63,941 nucleotides of DNA, filler included, from Octopus bimaculoides (GCF_001194135.2; 3 parts of 2 records of this genome joined end to end with filler, not necessarily neighbours in it), one strand, 5' to 3'; positions 25,870 to 40,117 are shown, numbered from the whole stretch's first letter. Notes: generated from the sequence alone by a model not told the origin. Program-made: numbers and translations.

Positions 25870-25918
<49 letters not shown>

Positions 25919-26694
25919 TGTATGTGTGTGTTTGTGTGTGTGCGTGTGTGTGTGTGTGTGTAACTCGTGCTGTAATACTATTCTCCTTTCTCGTTTGAAC
26001 ATACATATATATACCTCTATTCATGAAACAAAAACACATACACATGTACGCGCAAACACACTCTAGCTTTCTCTCACATACTCGTGACCGATCATGCTCT
26101 CTTCTCGGTCTACGTCAATCCACTTGTAGACCTCGATGCTATCCCGAGAGCATATGACTTGTTTTTTAGAGTTTTCGTAGCTTCGGTCTTGAACCCGTAG
26201 TACTGATTATCAGGTAACTTGCAAACTATTTTTCAAAGCAACATTCGTGTAGATGGTCGTTGGCTCACAATGAACTCAGACCTCTTGTGACAAATTTAGT
26301 CTTTATTCCTGCGGAGTGCCTGCATCACAGTCAGCACCAGGCAAGCTAGGCGATGTAGCGCCGGTTTATTAAGAGACCACCCTCCATGAAAGAAATCGTA
26401 CTAGGTTTCATGGCACAAAGAGAAGCTCATACGTATATACATTTTGGAATCTTACGCAGTCCTAGTACCTTTCCTCTTCGTTGCAATATTTAAATAATGT
26501 GTTGAATAGCATATCTTGCTGTATATGTTTTAGATTTTTCGTGGTTTGTGCCGATATTGCTTCAGTTCAACAGGTTTTGTTTTCTTGTAGAGGAATAAAA
26601 TTCCCGTAATTATTTACGATATTTACCAATTCTTCTCTCGTAATATTTCACTTCTCTATAATCCGTGGTATTTTTACATGAAATGTTGTTATAG

Positions 26695-26821
26695 CCGAAA
26701 ATATTTCGCCTTGTGCGAGTTGTACGAAGGGAGACATCAGAGACGTTCCGCTAGATGTTTCCCAGCGGCAGTCATATTCAGCCGTGTTCAGATTTGAGAA
26801 AACTTTGGCACTTGAAAGGCG
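26695..26821 (+). CDS. Candidate internal exon (AENISPCASCTKGDIRDVPLDVSQRQSYSAVFRFEKTLALER)
   Basis: gttgttatag| acceptor, GCG|GTAAGA donor, 127 nt fully open (phase 1 to 2), GC-richer than its flanks. Product not recognised. Confidence 0.28.
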
Positions 26822-26991
26822 GTAAGATACTTAAATCTGTTGCAAGAATTTTAGTCAGGTGCCCGATTTTGCGGATAATGTTCCCTCTTCATGTAGACGC
26901 TTTCAATATGATACTCACATATTTGTACTACATACAAATGGGCAAGTATAACAAAATTCCACCAGAAATGGGACATATACACACATACTCC

Positions 26992-27038
<47 letters not shown>

Positions 27039-28592
27039 ATACACACACACACACACACACTCACACACTCACACACACACAAAAGCACATGCGCACTTTA
27101 CGATGAAGAAAATGTTGTGATTTCTCCTTATAATAATGTATATGAATTGCTATGTATCGGTAAATGGTATAAGACAGTTGTTGCATTGCAAGCGAGAATG
27201 AATATCGAAAATCATACTAGAATGAAATTTCATAGATAGCATTTAGAAAAATTTACATAAAGACACTAAAACTAAAAGGTATTTTACACATTTTTAGAAT
27301 ATTTCCATCTTCTATATCATTGGACGATTAAACATACATATTCGCATGAAATATTGACTACCAAATCTTCGAAACAACTGAACAGAAAACACCTGAGAAA
27401 AGCAAAGTAGCAAATTTCGAATTCACCAACAACACTAATAAAAAGAACGAATACAATATTTAGTAATATATAAACATAAATTACTGATATAAAATGAAAT
27501 ACAATAACAAAATAAAAGACAGTGGAGTTATTTGACATTTGAGCAATGAAAGATTTATGGGAAGTCAAATTTTGTTTGGTATTTCTAAGATACCGGAATG
27601 AAGCATTTCCTGCCAAAATGTTGCCTCATATAAAATGCGTTTTGAATCACCGACATTCCCATTAGCTTTTCTTTTCAAGATTTTCTTTGCTTTTATTTCA
27701 GCCAATCCTAAACTCGCTTTTTCTCTTCCCCTATCCCTCTCAATCACAACCACCCGTTTCTGCTTCCATTTCAACTTCATTAATCATTAAAGCATATACA
27801 TTTCATTAAACCGACGGAATTTATTTTCACTCTCTGCTATTTTTTTTTTTTTCTAAATTTCATCTTTTTTGTTTCTTTTTCTTGTCTGTGATATTGCTTC
27901 TTTCTTCGATCCTTTGATTCGCCTTTCTCTCGCTTCTATTTTTAGTTTTCATTTTACATTTATTCTTTCTGAACTTCCATGAGACTTCGTTCTTTTCTTT
28001 ATTAATTTTCTTTTGCATTATTCCTTATTTTGATTTTTTTGTATCTCCATAATCCTTCACCGACTTTCTTCCACTGCATCCGTTCCATAATGCAGTCTTC
28101 TCTTGTTGATAATTTCCAATCCGATTTTCGTTGGAAATGTTCCTGGATAACCATTGATGTTTTGAAAGTTAATAGTTTCAAATTCAGTCGAATGGTCAAC
28201 AAGAATTGACAAAAAAATTAAAGAGATTTCTTGAGGTAAAAGCGAAAACTAAGTGTTTCCGCCCGCAAAAAATTAGTGAGACAAAACGTACGTTCCCATA
28301 ATTGTAGTAATTGAATAGCATGTTAAATTAATTCGGAGTTAAATCAAACAGCAATAATGCAAGTAAATTTTCACACACACACATAGACACAGACATGTAC
28401 ACGCATAATCTTACACCAATGCCGAAATAAATAAATAAATAAATNNNNNNNNNNNNNNNNNNNNNNNNNNNNNNNNNNNNNNNNNNNNNNNNNNNNNNNN
28501 NNNNNNNNNNNNNNNNNNNNNNNNNNNNNNNNNNNNNNNNNNNNNNNNNNNNNNNNNNNNNNNNNNNNNNNNNNNNNTATATATATATATAT

Positions 28593-28658
<66 letters not shown>

Positions 28659-29099
28659 TTATTCATATAAATACAGAGAGAGAGAGAGAGACGGACGGTT
28701 GGACAGACAGACAAAAAGACATACAGGCAGATACATAGATATTCTTACATTCAAAACAAACTTCTTTTGTAACAAGCGCCACAATGAACATATCAACTTA
28801 CACATTTGAAAATCTAATGTGTAACCGGCTAAGTGTATTAAGATATTTTAAAATACAATTAAATTCACAGTAATTGTGATATATTATCTGTGCATTTTGG
28901 ATTACATCCCTTCTATTTTTCTACTCTTATTAGAGGAAGATTAATATTTATTACATATATATTGGATAGGATGAGTATATTGGCGTCTAAATTGTGTAGA
29001 AATAAAAATTAAGACTGACATCTTATTTTAATGGATATATTTAACAATAGTGTATAAAACTAGTGCATAAAAATAGTGCATAAAATAGTGCATAAAAAT

Positions 29100-29645
29100 T
29101 GCCATAGGGTAAATTTATTCAAAGAAATCGCCATTGGCTTCAACCACGGACTCCAGACGACTTCAGAATCTCTTGCAACTCTTCTGGACGGTCTCCGTGT
29201 TTGGGTTGGTGCACGCTGCCATAATCGTTGCTTTTAATTCATCTTTGGTATTACGAAGTGTCTTGCTGGTCACCCGTGCAACTGGGGAGTCATGTGGCCA
29301 GATGTTAGCGGAGATGTGGTCGCAAAAATTGTCTGACAGTCATGACTGTGTTCTCCTGCTTGTGTGGTTTCGTGCAGAGTCCTGTTGTCAGATATAGGTT
29401 CTTCCAGAAACCACCCTCTTGACCCAGGGTAGCACTTCCTCCATCAAGCACTTGATGCAGGCCTCTGTTTAGAGTCTTATGCCATGTGGAAAGATAAATG
29501 GAGTTAAAAGCTCGCCATCACTAGTGATAACGCCAAACACCATAATTTCGACTGGATTATTGATACTTATCACTCTCGGTGTATGCACTGTCCTCAAATT
29601 GACAAACCTCTTATCCTGTGCATTTCCCAAAACCAAAGACGAACA
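29100..29645 (-). mobile_element. Tc1/mariner-superfamily transposase relic (maT/DD37D-like), C-terminal half
   Basis: IMVFGVITSDG...FIFPHG...QQDSARNHTSRRTQS*LSDNFCDHISANIWP...TKDELKATIMAA...SRLESVVEANGDFFE*. Confidence 0.85.
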
Positions 29646-29689
29646 CTGCGCAGATATACACATGTTCACGCAAAACACACACACACAAC

Positions 29690-29723
<34 letters not shown>

Positions 29724-29823
29724 NNNNNNNNNNNNNNNNNNNNNNNNNNNNNNNNNNNNNNNNNNNNTTAATTAATTAANNNNNNNNNNNNNNNNNNNNN
29801 NNNNNNNNNNNNNNNNNNNNNNN
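29724..29823. other. Artificial scaffold-join spacer
   Basis: Exactly 44 N + TTAATTAATTAA (29768-29779) + 44 N. Confidence 0.92.
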
Positions 29824-29839
29824 TATATATATACATACA

Positions 29840-30930
29840 TACTAGCAAACGCACCCGTCCTTTGGACGGTTGAAATTACTTTGGTGGTATTTTTTCACGA
29901 AATAATTGAATTACCGAGAAGGTTTAAGGGTAGCAAAGCATTCTGTTTCCGATTAGACTAGGAACAGAAAATTAAGCTGAAGACTGGTTGTTGTAGAGGT
30001 CATTGCACTTTAATATAATATATGTTTGCAAGCGATGCAAAGTAGAGCTGCTGAAGCGTTTTGGGAGTCGATTACGGATAATGGCTACAAAATAAAAATG
30101 TTTTGATATGAAAGCGAAATTTCTTCTGAGAAACAGACGTTCAAACTTCCCCACTGCGAATTCATTTTTTCAACAGCAATGGCAACTATTGTTTCGTAGA
30201 GATAAGCTAACAAAAGCCCCTTTATACTGTCTTCTCACATAGCCTGCGCATAAAGTAACAGCGAATGCTACATAAAGCTAAATTAGTATGGGGCTTTCTG
30301 AAAGATACGTATAGCTGTCGCTAGTGGAAGCAAAACTCTTATTTAAAGGTTTATTCTTTTGGAATGAGCCAGATTTGATTATTTAATAAAGGCTAAAACG
30401 ACAATGCTAAAACACATTTGAAACAATGGACAACAGTCGAAATATGAAAGTTGATGGGTAAATAAGCATCCTTAAAATGAAAGAACGCATTGGAAGACAA
30501 ACAGAGGTATCAACAAATAAAAGAGAGGGAAAGTAACATCACATTTCAAGCAACTCAGAATAGATAAAAGGAAGCTTGCCAAAGTTTAATGCAGTTTTGA
30601 TATGGAGATTAAGATTATTTGGTATTGGATATCCATCGCGTACAATGTTCCTAGTCAATTTAATCACCGTCGCATGTGTACAGTCGAAATAAATTGACAA
30701 AACCCTTTCATTTCTATGAAAGATTAAAAAAGTATGGAAGACACTACATACAAAAACTATGACCATTTACATCCATTTATGCGGAAGCTCTGCGCAAAAT
30801 GTTATACTGCATGACCATCCTTGAGACATAAATAATATGTGTGCAAAGTTTGGTGAAACTCGGTTGAGAATTGTGGTAATGTATGCGTTCGTTAGTCAGT
30901 ATACACACACATACTGTGATTTATATATAC
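29840..30930 (+). mobile_element. Helitron/Helentron-like non-autonomous element
   Basis: tACTAGCaaacgcacccgtcctttggacggt terminus with an inverted repeat; 3' end gtgcaaagtttggtgaaactcggttgag...atactgtgatttatatatac. Confidence 0.45.
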
Positions 30931-31774
30931 TATGTATGTATGTATGTATGTATGTATGTATATATATATATATATCTATGCATGTACGTGTGTGTGTTTG
31001 TGTGCGCGCGTGAATCTGTGTATACACGAATATGCAAACGAGGATAACATATTTTAACGTCCTTATGAACTTGAATTTGCAATAAATTTGACCCTAGGAT
31101 CACTATTGATTCGGATTCCCGTGATCATTATATGTTATGTTGTTATTCTTAAACCCTTCTGGAAATAAAAATCTCAGTTGTGGTAATTGTAAACAGCTCA
31201 CATTTACCAAAAAGAAAAAAAACAAAAAAAACAAACATTGAGTTTTCTAAACAAAATATTAATTTGCACTTTAGTGACACATTCCATTTGAATGAATCCT
31301 TTTCGGCATCTGGTGAATTAAATTCTGAAACAAAAGTGTTTTTTTATAAAAATCAGATGTAAGCACAATCGAAAATCTTGATTTTAGAAGCATAACAGTA
31401 AGAAATATTCACCGTGGAGATATACCGCAGTTTGACAAGCCTATATTTTATGTGGCATTACTAGAAAGAAACTACGGTACATGGTTACAGAAGAGGCAAT
31501 GAAAACACGTATATGACCGATGGTTCTTGACGTTGGTTGTCCATCAGTTAGATGCAATCAACAATTCGGTGCAGAATTGTTTGCTTCAGATCCCCGGTGA
31601 GGATGAAATTACAAGGCGAGAGCGCTGCAAGGAGACAAATGTACACAAACGAATACAGAAGTTCCACGTGAGTATAGTTATTCAGAGATATAAAGAATCA
31701 CGTACACAAACACCTACGCAAACGCACAAAACAAATACACCCAGAGACACATACACACATACACACACAGATAC

Positions 31775-31785
31775 CCACGCACGCG

Positions 31786-31874
<89 letters not shown>

Positions 31875-31967
31875 GTATTATGTATATATATATGTATATG
31901 ACTGTATCAATTTCCTTTCTATCACTATCATTCTATCCCCGCCCATCATTTTCATTCGTTTCATTTA

Positions 31968-32035
<68 letters not shown>
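31775..32035. repeat. (CA)n(TA)n tract and (ATT)n tract
   Basis: Direct reading. Confidence 0.9.
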
Positions 32036-32036
<1 letters not shown>

Positions 32037-33269
32037 CGTTACTATTATTATTTTGTTTTGTAATATTTTCTCTCAATTATTTCCTCTTATTTCAGATAAC
32101 CTCTTTTATTTTTCCAACTGAACCAAAAACAGTGTATTTCTCTTCCTCCGGTTCTGTTTGTTTGCTTATACGTCTGATTGCTTTTTACAAATCACAAGAG
32201 AGCCAAAGTCTCAGACGCAGATTTCAGTTTATTTGGTCAGGCAAAGTAAAATGAAATTTCGAAAATATAAAATTGAAAAGAGAAGCATGGGGAGGGGATA
32301 GAGAAAAGGTATTTTAAACATAAAATTTCAATAAATAAATAAATAAACAAATAATAATTAAGGGAAAAGATAGAAAGAATATGCAACAAACACATCTACG
32401 CCATCGGCTATGAAAACCATTAAGGGTAGTGTTTGTTAGTTGTTTCTTTTTTTTTTTGTATCTTCTTTTGGTATATGTGATAGGATTACTTATTTGAATA
32501 TTATTTAAATTCTTTGTTTCATGGGCATAGACATTACTGCATACATAGCCACCTTACCAAATGTACATATATATATATATANNNNNNNNNNNNNNNNNNN
32601 NNNNNNNNNNNNNNNNNNNNNNNNNNNNNNNNNNNNNNNNNNNNNNNNNNNNNNNNNNNNNNNNNNNNNNNNNNNNNNNNNNNNNNNNNNNNNNNNNNNN
32701 NNNNNNNNNNNNNNNNNNNNNNNNNNNNNNNNNNNNNNNNNNNNNNNNNNNNNNNNNNNNNNNNNNNNNNNNNNNNNNNNNNNNNNNNNNNNNNNNNNNN
32801 NNNNNNNNNNNNNNNNNNNNNNNNNNNNNNNNNNNNNNNNNNNNNNNNNNNNNNNNNNNNNNNNNNNNNNNNNNNNNNNNNNNNNNNNNNNNNNNNNNNN
32901 NNNNNNNNNNNNNNNNNNNNNNNNNNNNNNNNNNNNNNNNNNNNNNNNNNNNNNNNNNNNNNNNNNNNNNNNNNNNNNNNNNNNNNNNNNNNNNNNNNNN
33001 NNNNNNNNNNNNNNNNNNNNNNNNNNNNNNNNNNNNNNNNNNNNNNNNNNNNNNNNNNNNNNNNNNNNTGCATATATATATATATATATATATACGTGTA
33101 TGCATATAGATGTCTGTAAACACATGTATATACACACAAAAACACGACCACACTCACAGACTCATACATTGCATACACACACACGCACACGCACACATAT
33201 GTAACTGCATGATATATTAGTGTTAATGCTTTTCCTCGATTTATGCTTCATGAATGAATATATGAGTAA

Positions 33270-33467
<198 letters not shown>

Positions 33468-33985
33468 GGCACTGGCTCTCGTGGCTTCCGATCTTAACTG
33501 ATTCGAACTGATATGATGTACATTGTTTTGTCTTGGTATAAAAGATGGGCTACAGGAAATATTCTACTCAATACTAAAGATTTACTCGTTAGTTGCTTCA
33601 CGATAACCAGTTGAGCATATCTTTTGGTGGCTGGCGATATGTGAATCCCTGATCCCAAGAACATCATGGCTATGTGTTGAGAGGAATTATTTGGGGTTTG
33701 AAAGATTCACCTCTGGAAACATAGGTGTTTTGCATCATCATCCTAAAACAACCCTTATTCAAGTACCATTTGAGCGGGATGGGCTGCTCGACCTGAAGAA
33801 AATTCTAATTGGGTTCCATCTGCAAGGTCATGTGCTGTTTATCTTGATATGAGGTCACCATTTTGCACACATATGGTTGTGATGCATGTGCCTGACGTAC
33901 CCTTATCATCTGGGCAGTCATGATGGGCATGCTGGGCTTCGTATATTTTAACCCATTGTCATGTTGATGACATGGTCTCTCACTC
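33468..33985. mobile_element. Family D element, copy 3
   Basis: Colinear with the other D copies; (AAT)n flanks. Confidence 0.85.
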
Positions 33986-34039
33986 AATAATGATAATGAT
34001 AATGCAGAATAATACTTACAATATTAGCACTAATAATCT

Positions 34040-34208
34040 TGGCATAATTTTGGGGGAGGGGACTGGTGTATTAAACTGATCGCAGTGTTTCCCTGGTACA
34101 TGACGTATCGACCCTAAAAGGATGAAAGGCAAAACGGACCTCGTAAAGGCGGACGAAATACCGCTATGCATTTTGCCCGGCGTGCTAACGATTCTGGCAG
34201 CTCACCGC
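34040..34208 (-). mobile_element. SINE family B with an internal deletion
   Basis: gacgaaataccgctatgcattttgcccggcgtgctaacgattctggcagctcaccgcc is the reverse complement of the family B head. Confidence 0.85.
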
Positions 34209-34223
34209 CTTATTATTATTACT

Positions 34224-34289
<66 letters not shown>

Positions 34290-34290
<1 letters not shown>

Positions 34291-34475
34291 TGGAAATAGA
34301 GATAACTCGAATGTGGAATCTAAAAACAGAAACAATTCCTATCATAGTAGGTGCCTTAGGTATAATAAAAAAATATTCAGACAAATACATAACAAAAACA
34401 CCAGGACTTACAAATATATATAACATACAGAAAATTGCACTACTGGGTACTGCACACATCCTACGCAAAACACTT
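34290..34475 (+). mobile_element. R4/Dong-type REL endonuclease C-terminus, cut by a gap
   Basis: EIEITRMWNLKTETIPIIVGALGIIKK...IQKIALLGTAHILRKTL; open frame directly after (AAT)n. Confidence 0.85.
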
Positions 34476-34929
34476 NNNNNNNNNNNNNNNNNNNNNNNNN
34501 NNNNNNNNNNNNNNNNNNNNNNNNNNNNNNNNNNNNNNNNNNNNNNNNNNNNNNNNNNNNNNNNNNNNNNNNNNNNNNNNNNNNNNNNNNNNNNNNNNNN
34601 NNNNNNNNNNNNNNNNNNNNNNNNNNNNNNNNNNNNNNNNNNNNNNNNNNNNNNNNNNNNNNNNNNNNNNNNNNNNNNNNNNNNNNNNNNNNNNNNNNNN
34701 NNNNNNNNNNNNNNNNNNNNNNNNNNNNNNNNNNNNNNNNNNNNNNNNNNNNNNNNNNNNNNNNNNNNNNNNNNNNNNNNNNNNNNNNNNNNNNNNNNNN
34801 NNNNNNNNNNNNNNNNNNNNNNNNNNNNNNNAGGAGGAGGAGGAGGAGGAGGAAGAGGAGGAGGAGGTAATAAGGTAGACAATTATGGGCCGATATCCTG
34901 CTTGCCACTTATGTCGAAATTATGAACTG

Positions 34930-35375
34930 CAATAGTCGCAGAGTCAATATACGGACATCTGAAAAGAAAAATGGAGTTCTGCCACATGAAGAGAAGAGTT
35001 GCCAGCGTAAGTGCAGAGATACAAAGGATCAACTTCAGATACACAAAACTGTACTTAGAGACTGCAAGAGGAGGAAAAGTAACCTAGTCATGTCATGGAT
35101 CGGCTATTGTAAGGCGTACAATATGATCCCATATTCTTGGATTATGGAATGTAAGAACCTGTTTGGTATTGCATCGAATGTTGGGCGATTGCTTGGAAAA
35201 AAGTATGGCGAATTAGAGGACGGAGCTGACAGCATACACAAGAAGCTTAGGGACTCTGGAAATTAGGAGCGGCATTTTCCAAGGGGACTGCTCGCCCCCA
35301 CTGATCTTTGTAGTATGCTTGATGTCACTAACACTTATTCTGAGGAAAGCAAAGACTGGGTATGTATTCAAGAGC
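34930..35375 (+). mobile_element. R4/Dong-type reverse transcriptase relic
   Basis: EEKSCQRKCRDTKDQLQIHKTVLRDCKRRKSNLVMSWIGYCKAYNMIPYSWIMEC...GIFQGDCSPPLIFVVC (the QGD motif) with frameshifts. Confidence 0.85.
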
Positions 35376-35384
35376 CGCCAGCAA

Positions 35385-35550
35385 AAAGGCTTCTTTCAAT
35401 TTTCATCTACCAGATCATTCCCTAAGAAGGTGTTGAACTACCCGAGCTTATGGCAAGAGAGACTTGCTCAATGTGCCATGCAGTGGGACTGAACCCGGAA
35501 CCGTATCTTCAGGAAGCAAACTTCTTACCGCACAACCACGCCAACACGTA
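35385..35550 (-). mobile_element. SINE family A head, degraded
   Basis: ggcttctttcaattttcatctacc...gtgccatgcagtgggactgaacccggaacc. Confidence 0.8.
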
Positions 35551-35774
35551 TGTTAGTTCTGAAAGCAGTGGTATTCTTTCGCTACATAATTGCTTGTATT
35601 TATTTTTGCATTATGATACAGGTGACGATTTCTAGAATGTATGATAGTTAATTTAATCGATGATGGTAATTAATTTGATAAATAATTAAGAAAAATCATA
35701 ATTATTTGTTACTGAAACTTTAAAGAAATTTGGACCAAGCCGAAAAAGAGCTAAGCCTCAAATGTCTCATAATA

Positions 35775-36088
35775 AATCGGCTGTCCTTCGGTTATGACGG
35801 CGAGCATTCCAGTTAATACGATCAACAGAACAGCCTGCTCGTAAATTTTACATGCAAGCGGCTGAGCTTTACGTGGCGATTCAGCGTGGCACAGAAGATT
35901 CAGCGTGGCACATAATGTGAGCAGGTAGGCTCTTTGAATTACAGGTACAACACATTTTTGCGAGCTGAGTATAGGGGAGCAACTTGAAATAAAGTGTTTT
36001 GCTGAATGACAGAATGCACCGCCGGGGCTCGAACTCACGACCTTATGATTACGAGCCGAATAATTTAACCATTAAGCCACGCGCCTTC
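35775..36088 (-). mobile_element. tRNA-derived SINE, family C
   Basis: Minus-strand head GGCGCGTGGCTTAATGG (A box) ... GAGTTCGAGCCCC (B box); body shared with 50132-50450; internal gattcagcgtggcaca duplication. Confidence 0.8.
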
Positions 36089-36799
36089 ATTATGTCTCAT
36101 GATAATCTCAGTTGCAAAGGAGGTAAAAATATGGAAGAGCAAAAGGAACAGGAAAATTATTGACCCAAGAAACGAACCAATGGAGAAGAGGACGATGGTT
36201 TGAAGTCTTTATGAATATATTTTGTACGCAATAACGTATATAAACATATATGGAGTGATGTCATGTATAATAGAAAACAATGTTAGCAAAGCGGGATGTG
36301 AATGAAGAATTCAATGAGTTTGACAGAGCATAACTAATGAACCGGTCGGATGAATAAGGGACAAAACAAAATCTCAAATTCCAGCAGAGCAAAAAGGAGA
36401 ATTCACTTAATCAAAAAGATGAAATCTGACGGTTATCGCAATAATAAACGGAGATTAATATCGATACAAATAGATTTCTGTAAAGACAAATTGAGAAACA
36501 ACCAGAATCTGATAAACTATTTAAAGATGAACCACAGCGACATTAATTACTAAAACAGAAGCAATCGAGTAATGTGTAAATGAAAGGACGACAAGAATCA
36601 TGTGGAATAAGATCAGAAAGTAGAGCAGAATATTAGGAACTGGTCGGAGAAGCCTTTAAATATAGGTTTAATGAATTAATCTGCTACGGTGTATATGTGT
36701 AACAAAAATAAGGAAACGGAGGAGAGTCCCTCGTGAAACTTCATTGTCAGAAAAAAGTATTTAGTTCTTGCACACACAAATATGTATAGAAGTATACAT

Positions 36800-36809
36800 A
36801 AATATGAAG

Positions 36810-36887
<78 letters not shown>

Positions 36888-36903
36888 GCGTGCGTGTGTG
36901 TGT

Positions 36904-36940
<37 letters not shown>

Positions 36941-36945
36941 CATGT
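36800..36945. repeat. (TA)n(TG)n compound microsatellite
   Basis: Direct reading. Confidence 0.95.
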
Positions 36946-37471
36946 GTGTGATTATGTGTGCCTATTAGGTCTCTCCATTACTCACTCTCTATCTATCGAT
37001 CTATCAATATCTCTGTATATATACACACATACGTACATATGTGTGCGTGTATACAAACATACGTGCACACACATGTTCAGAAGGGAAGGAAGCTAAGCTA
37101 GAAAATTCACGTACCATTTGTCCCTTTATTTACTATTTATATAAAGATATAAAATGTCTGCATGTTCACATTTTCCATAGAAAATTATAAAACGCTGCTT
37201 CTGTTGTTTTTTGTGTACTTGTCTATCGCTGGAGAGTAATCTTTTGTCCTCTAGCACAAGAACACTACGCAAATATTGACTGACCAGCGCCAGACATCTA
37301 CACGCACAGAACTTTATAAGCATTTCCTTAGGTAAATCCATTTTTATATTATTTTACTATATAAATAACGAATATATAGCTCACCCTTTTGATATATTCT
37401 CTACTATTATAAGTATACTTCACTGTATACTTAAAAATACTCTTGCACACGAGTAAGAATATTTGTGTTCT

Positions 37472-37652
37472 GCGAGTTGGCAGAATCGTTTGCACGCCGG
37501 ACGAAGTGCTTAGCGGTATTTCGTCTGCCGCTACGTTCTGAGTTCAAATTCCGCCGAGGTCGAGTTTGCCTTTCATCCTTTCCGGGTCGATTAAATAAGT
37601 ACCATTTACGCACTGGAGTATGTGTAGCCCCCTGTGGGTAGTAAGGAAATAG
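37472..37652 (+). mobile_element. SINE family B with an internal deletion
   Basis: gcgagttggcagaatcgtttgcacgccggacgaagtgcttagcggtatttcgtctgccgctacgttctgagttcaaattccgccgagg. Confidence 0.9.
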
Positions 37653-37704
37653 CTCTTACACACACACACACACAAACCTCATACCATTACACTCTAAAAG
37701 AAAC

Positions 37705-37930
37705 TACACTCCGTCGATTACGACGATGACGATCCTAATTAATCCGATGAATGGAACAGCCTGCTTGTGAAATTAACGTGCAAGTGGCTGAGCACTCCAC
37801 AGACACGTGTATACACTAACATAATTGTCAGGGAGATTCAGCGTGACATAGCATGTACCAAGAATTACAAGACCTACTCATTTTTTGACACCGGGAATTG
37901 AACTCAGGACCTCACGATCGTAGGCCACAT
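37705..37930 (-). mobile_element. SINE family C, degraded
   Basis: aacgtgcaagtggctgagcactccacagacacgtgta is the reverse complement of 61625-61669; head remnant gggaattgaactcaggacctcacgatc. Confidence 0.8.
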
Positions 37931-38432
37931 CCACGTAGTGGTAATCCATACACGTAGCACAGAACAGAGAACATATTTTTTGGTGACCATCTATTTAAAA
38001 CTAATCTAATGACGATACGTCAATTAACGCAGAACATATTGAAGTCAGTCTGAAATCCATATTCCTGCAAGTAGTGGTTTTATTTTTAATGTCATCTTAC
38101 TATAAATGAGCCTGGCCTCTTCAGCCGAGTGTTTGGCTTGCTGAAACACAAAACGGAGTGGTGTCATCGAGTCCCCACATCAGATACATATATACATACG
38201 CATACAAACACGCTCACACACGCACACACATGCGTACGTGTGAAGGCACACACATATATGTATATATAATGCACACACACATACACATATATAATACACA
38301 CACCAATATACATATATATAATAATCATCTATATTTACCTGATTATGAAAACCATTAATCTGTGTAATATATCACAGCATTAAAGTATGTATATATATAT
38401 GCATGTATATATATATATATATATATATACAT

Positions 38433-38482
<50 letters not shown>

Positions 38483-38544
38483 ATGTATATATGTATAAAG
38501 AATAAAAATAACATAATACATATACTTATATATGGATATATATT

Positions 38545-38576
<32 letters not shown>

Positions 38577-40073
38577 TGTATGTATGTGTGTGCGTGCTCG
38601 TGTGTATACGTTTCTTTTATTGGGTGTACGTATAAATGAATGTATACATGTCTATGTATATTAGTCTCTTTTAGGATGAACAACTCATTTAAAACATATT
38701 GATTGAATATACATTTAAAAGATTATTATCATAATATTAATGTTAACTTTCGCATTTTTTTCTAATGCGATTTTCTTGTAAGCTCGTAACTTAAATATTT
38801 ACTTATTTAAGTCACCTTGAATTTTTTTTCTGTATCTCATGATTTTTCGCTGATTCATTTTATAGAATTGCATTTAAGCTGCTGTGTACGAGAATGTGTC
38901 CATTTGTATGTATATGAATGTAGAGAAACACAAGGCGGCCACGTGTGTATGTGAATGTTTATATTAGAAATCAATATCTCATTATTTTCCTTTTGAAAAG
39001 GCAGTGAGTTGGCAAAACAAGAGAATGTTTGACTAAATGCCTTTCAGAATCGATTTGTAGTGAGACCACAGTTTAATAGGACTAAACTCTTGGCAATCTG
39101 TTACTCATTCTGAAAATTCTGTTTGCCTTCCTACACATCAATTACATAAATAAAGCTCGAGACGAACGCCGAATATTTATTTACTCGTAGATTTGCCTGT
39201 GTCCATCAACCCAGCTGGAAATAAAAAAGTTAATCTCTCTCAAATCATACCCTACTATAAAAAAATAGGAAGAACTGAATGGATGGTATAGTCCTAGATA
39301 CACAAGTACTCGTTAGCTACCAATTATATATTCACTAAATCTATACTGAGGTCAAATACTCAGTCTCTGATTTAATTGTGTTGTATACCGGTCAACAATA
39401 TTCAAAAGGCTTTCATCAAAGACTATATGTTTTCCTACCATTACAACACCTGAAACACAGAAGGTAAGAAATGAAAATTATGGCTCCATGTATATTCTGG
39501 TCTTTAAGTCTCGGTTCTGCTTAAGGTTTCGCTAGTCTTTAGGATCCGTGATAAAAGTGATTCTGATGTTAAATTCATGCGTGGTATTGAATCAAGCCAA
39601 ATATTTCAGAGGTTCTAATGCCGAAAAGGCCAAGTATTTTAATGCTCCATTCCCCACCGAATCATCTTAATACAAATATAAAATTACTTATTTCTAAATT
39701 CGGCTACAACTCACAAACTGTGACTGAATATTAAAAATATGTCCTGTACCACATTATAGACTACATTTATATATGAAGTCAGAAGTTTGTGATTTTATTA
39801 AATCAGTTACTCCTCGTAGGCGGTGCAGCAACTGCGTAGGCGTGGACGTTCATTAAATAAATGTTCGGTTTCATACAGTTGGCTGGACATTAAAGGAAAT
39901 GGCTCAAATGTTTGACCATAAAAGCTTACATCAAGAGTCTAGCATTTTTCCTCTAAGGACAAAATGTACAGATGCGTAATTCAATGCTCTTCTCACATAT
40001 GGCTCAAAATTGTAATTACAGAATGTATGTACTTAATGTCAGATATCGTTTTCTAGTTTAGGCACAAGGCCCG

Positions 40074-40117
<44 letters not shown>

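Noticed and set aside
29768-29779. TTAATTAATTAA as a biological motif (homeodomain or PacI-like site)
   Set aside because: Its exact centring in 100-bp N spacers, twice, marks it as an assembly linker.
35990-36088. tRNA-like sequences here and at 50132, 54616 and 60471
   Set aside because: A/B-box heads continue into SINE bodies and lack a complete cloverleaf; they are not tRNA genes.
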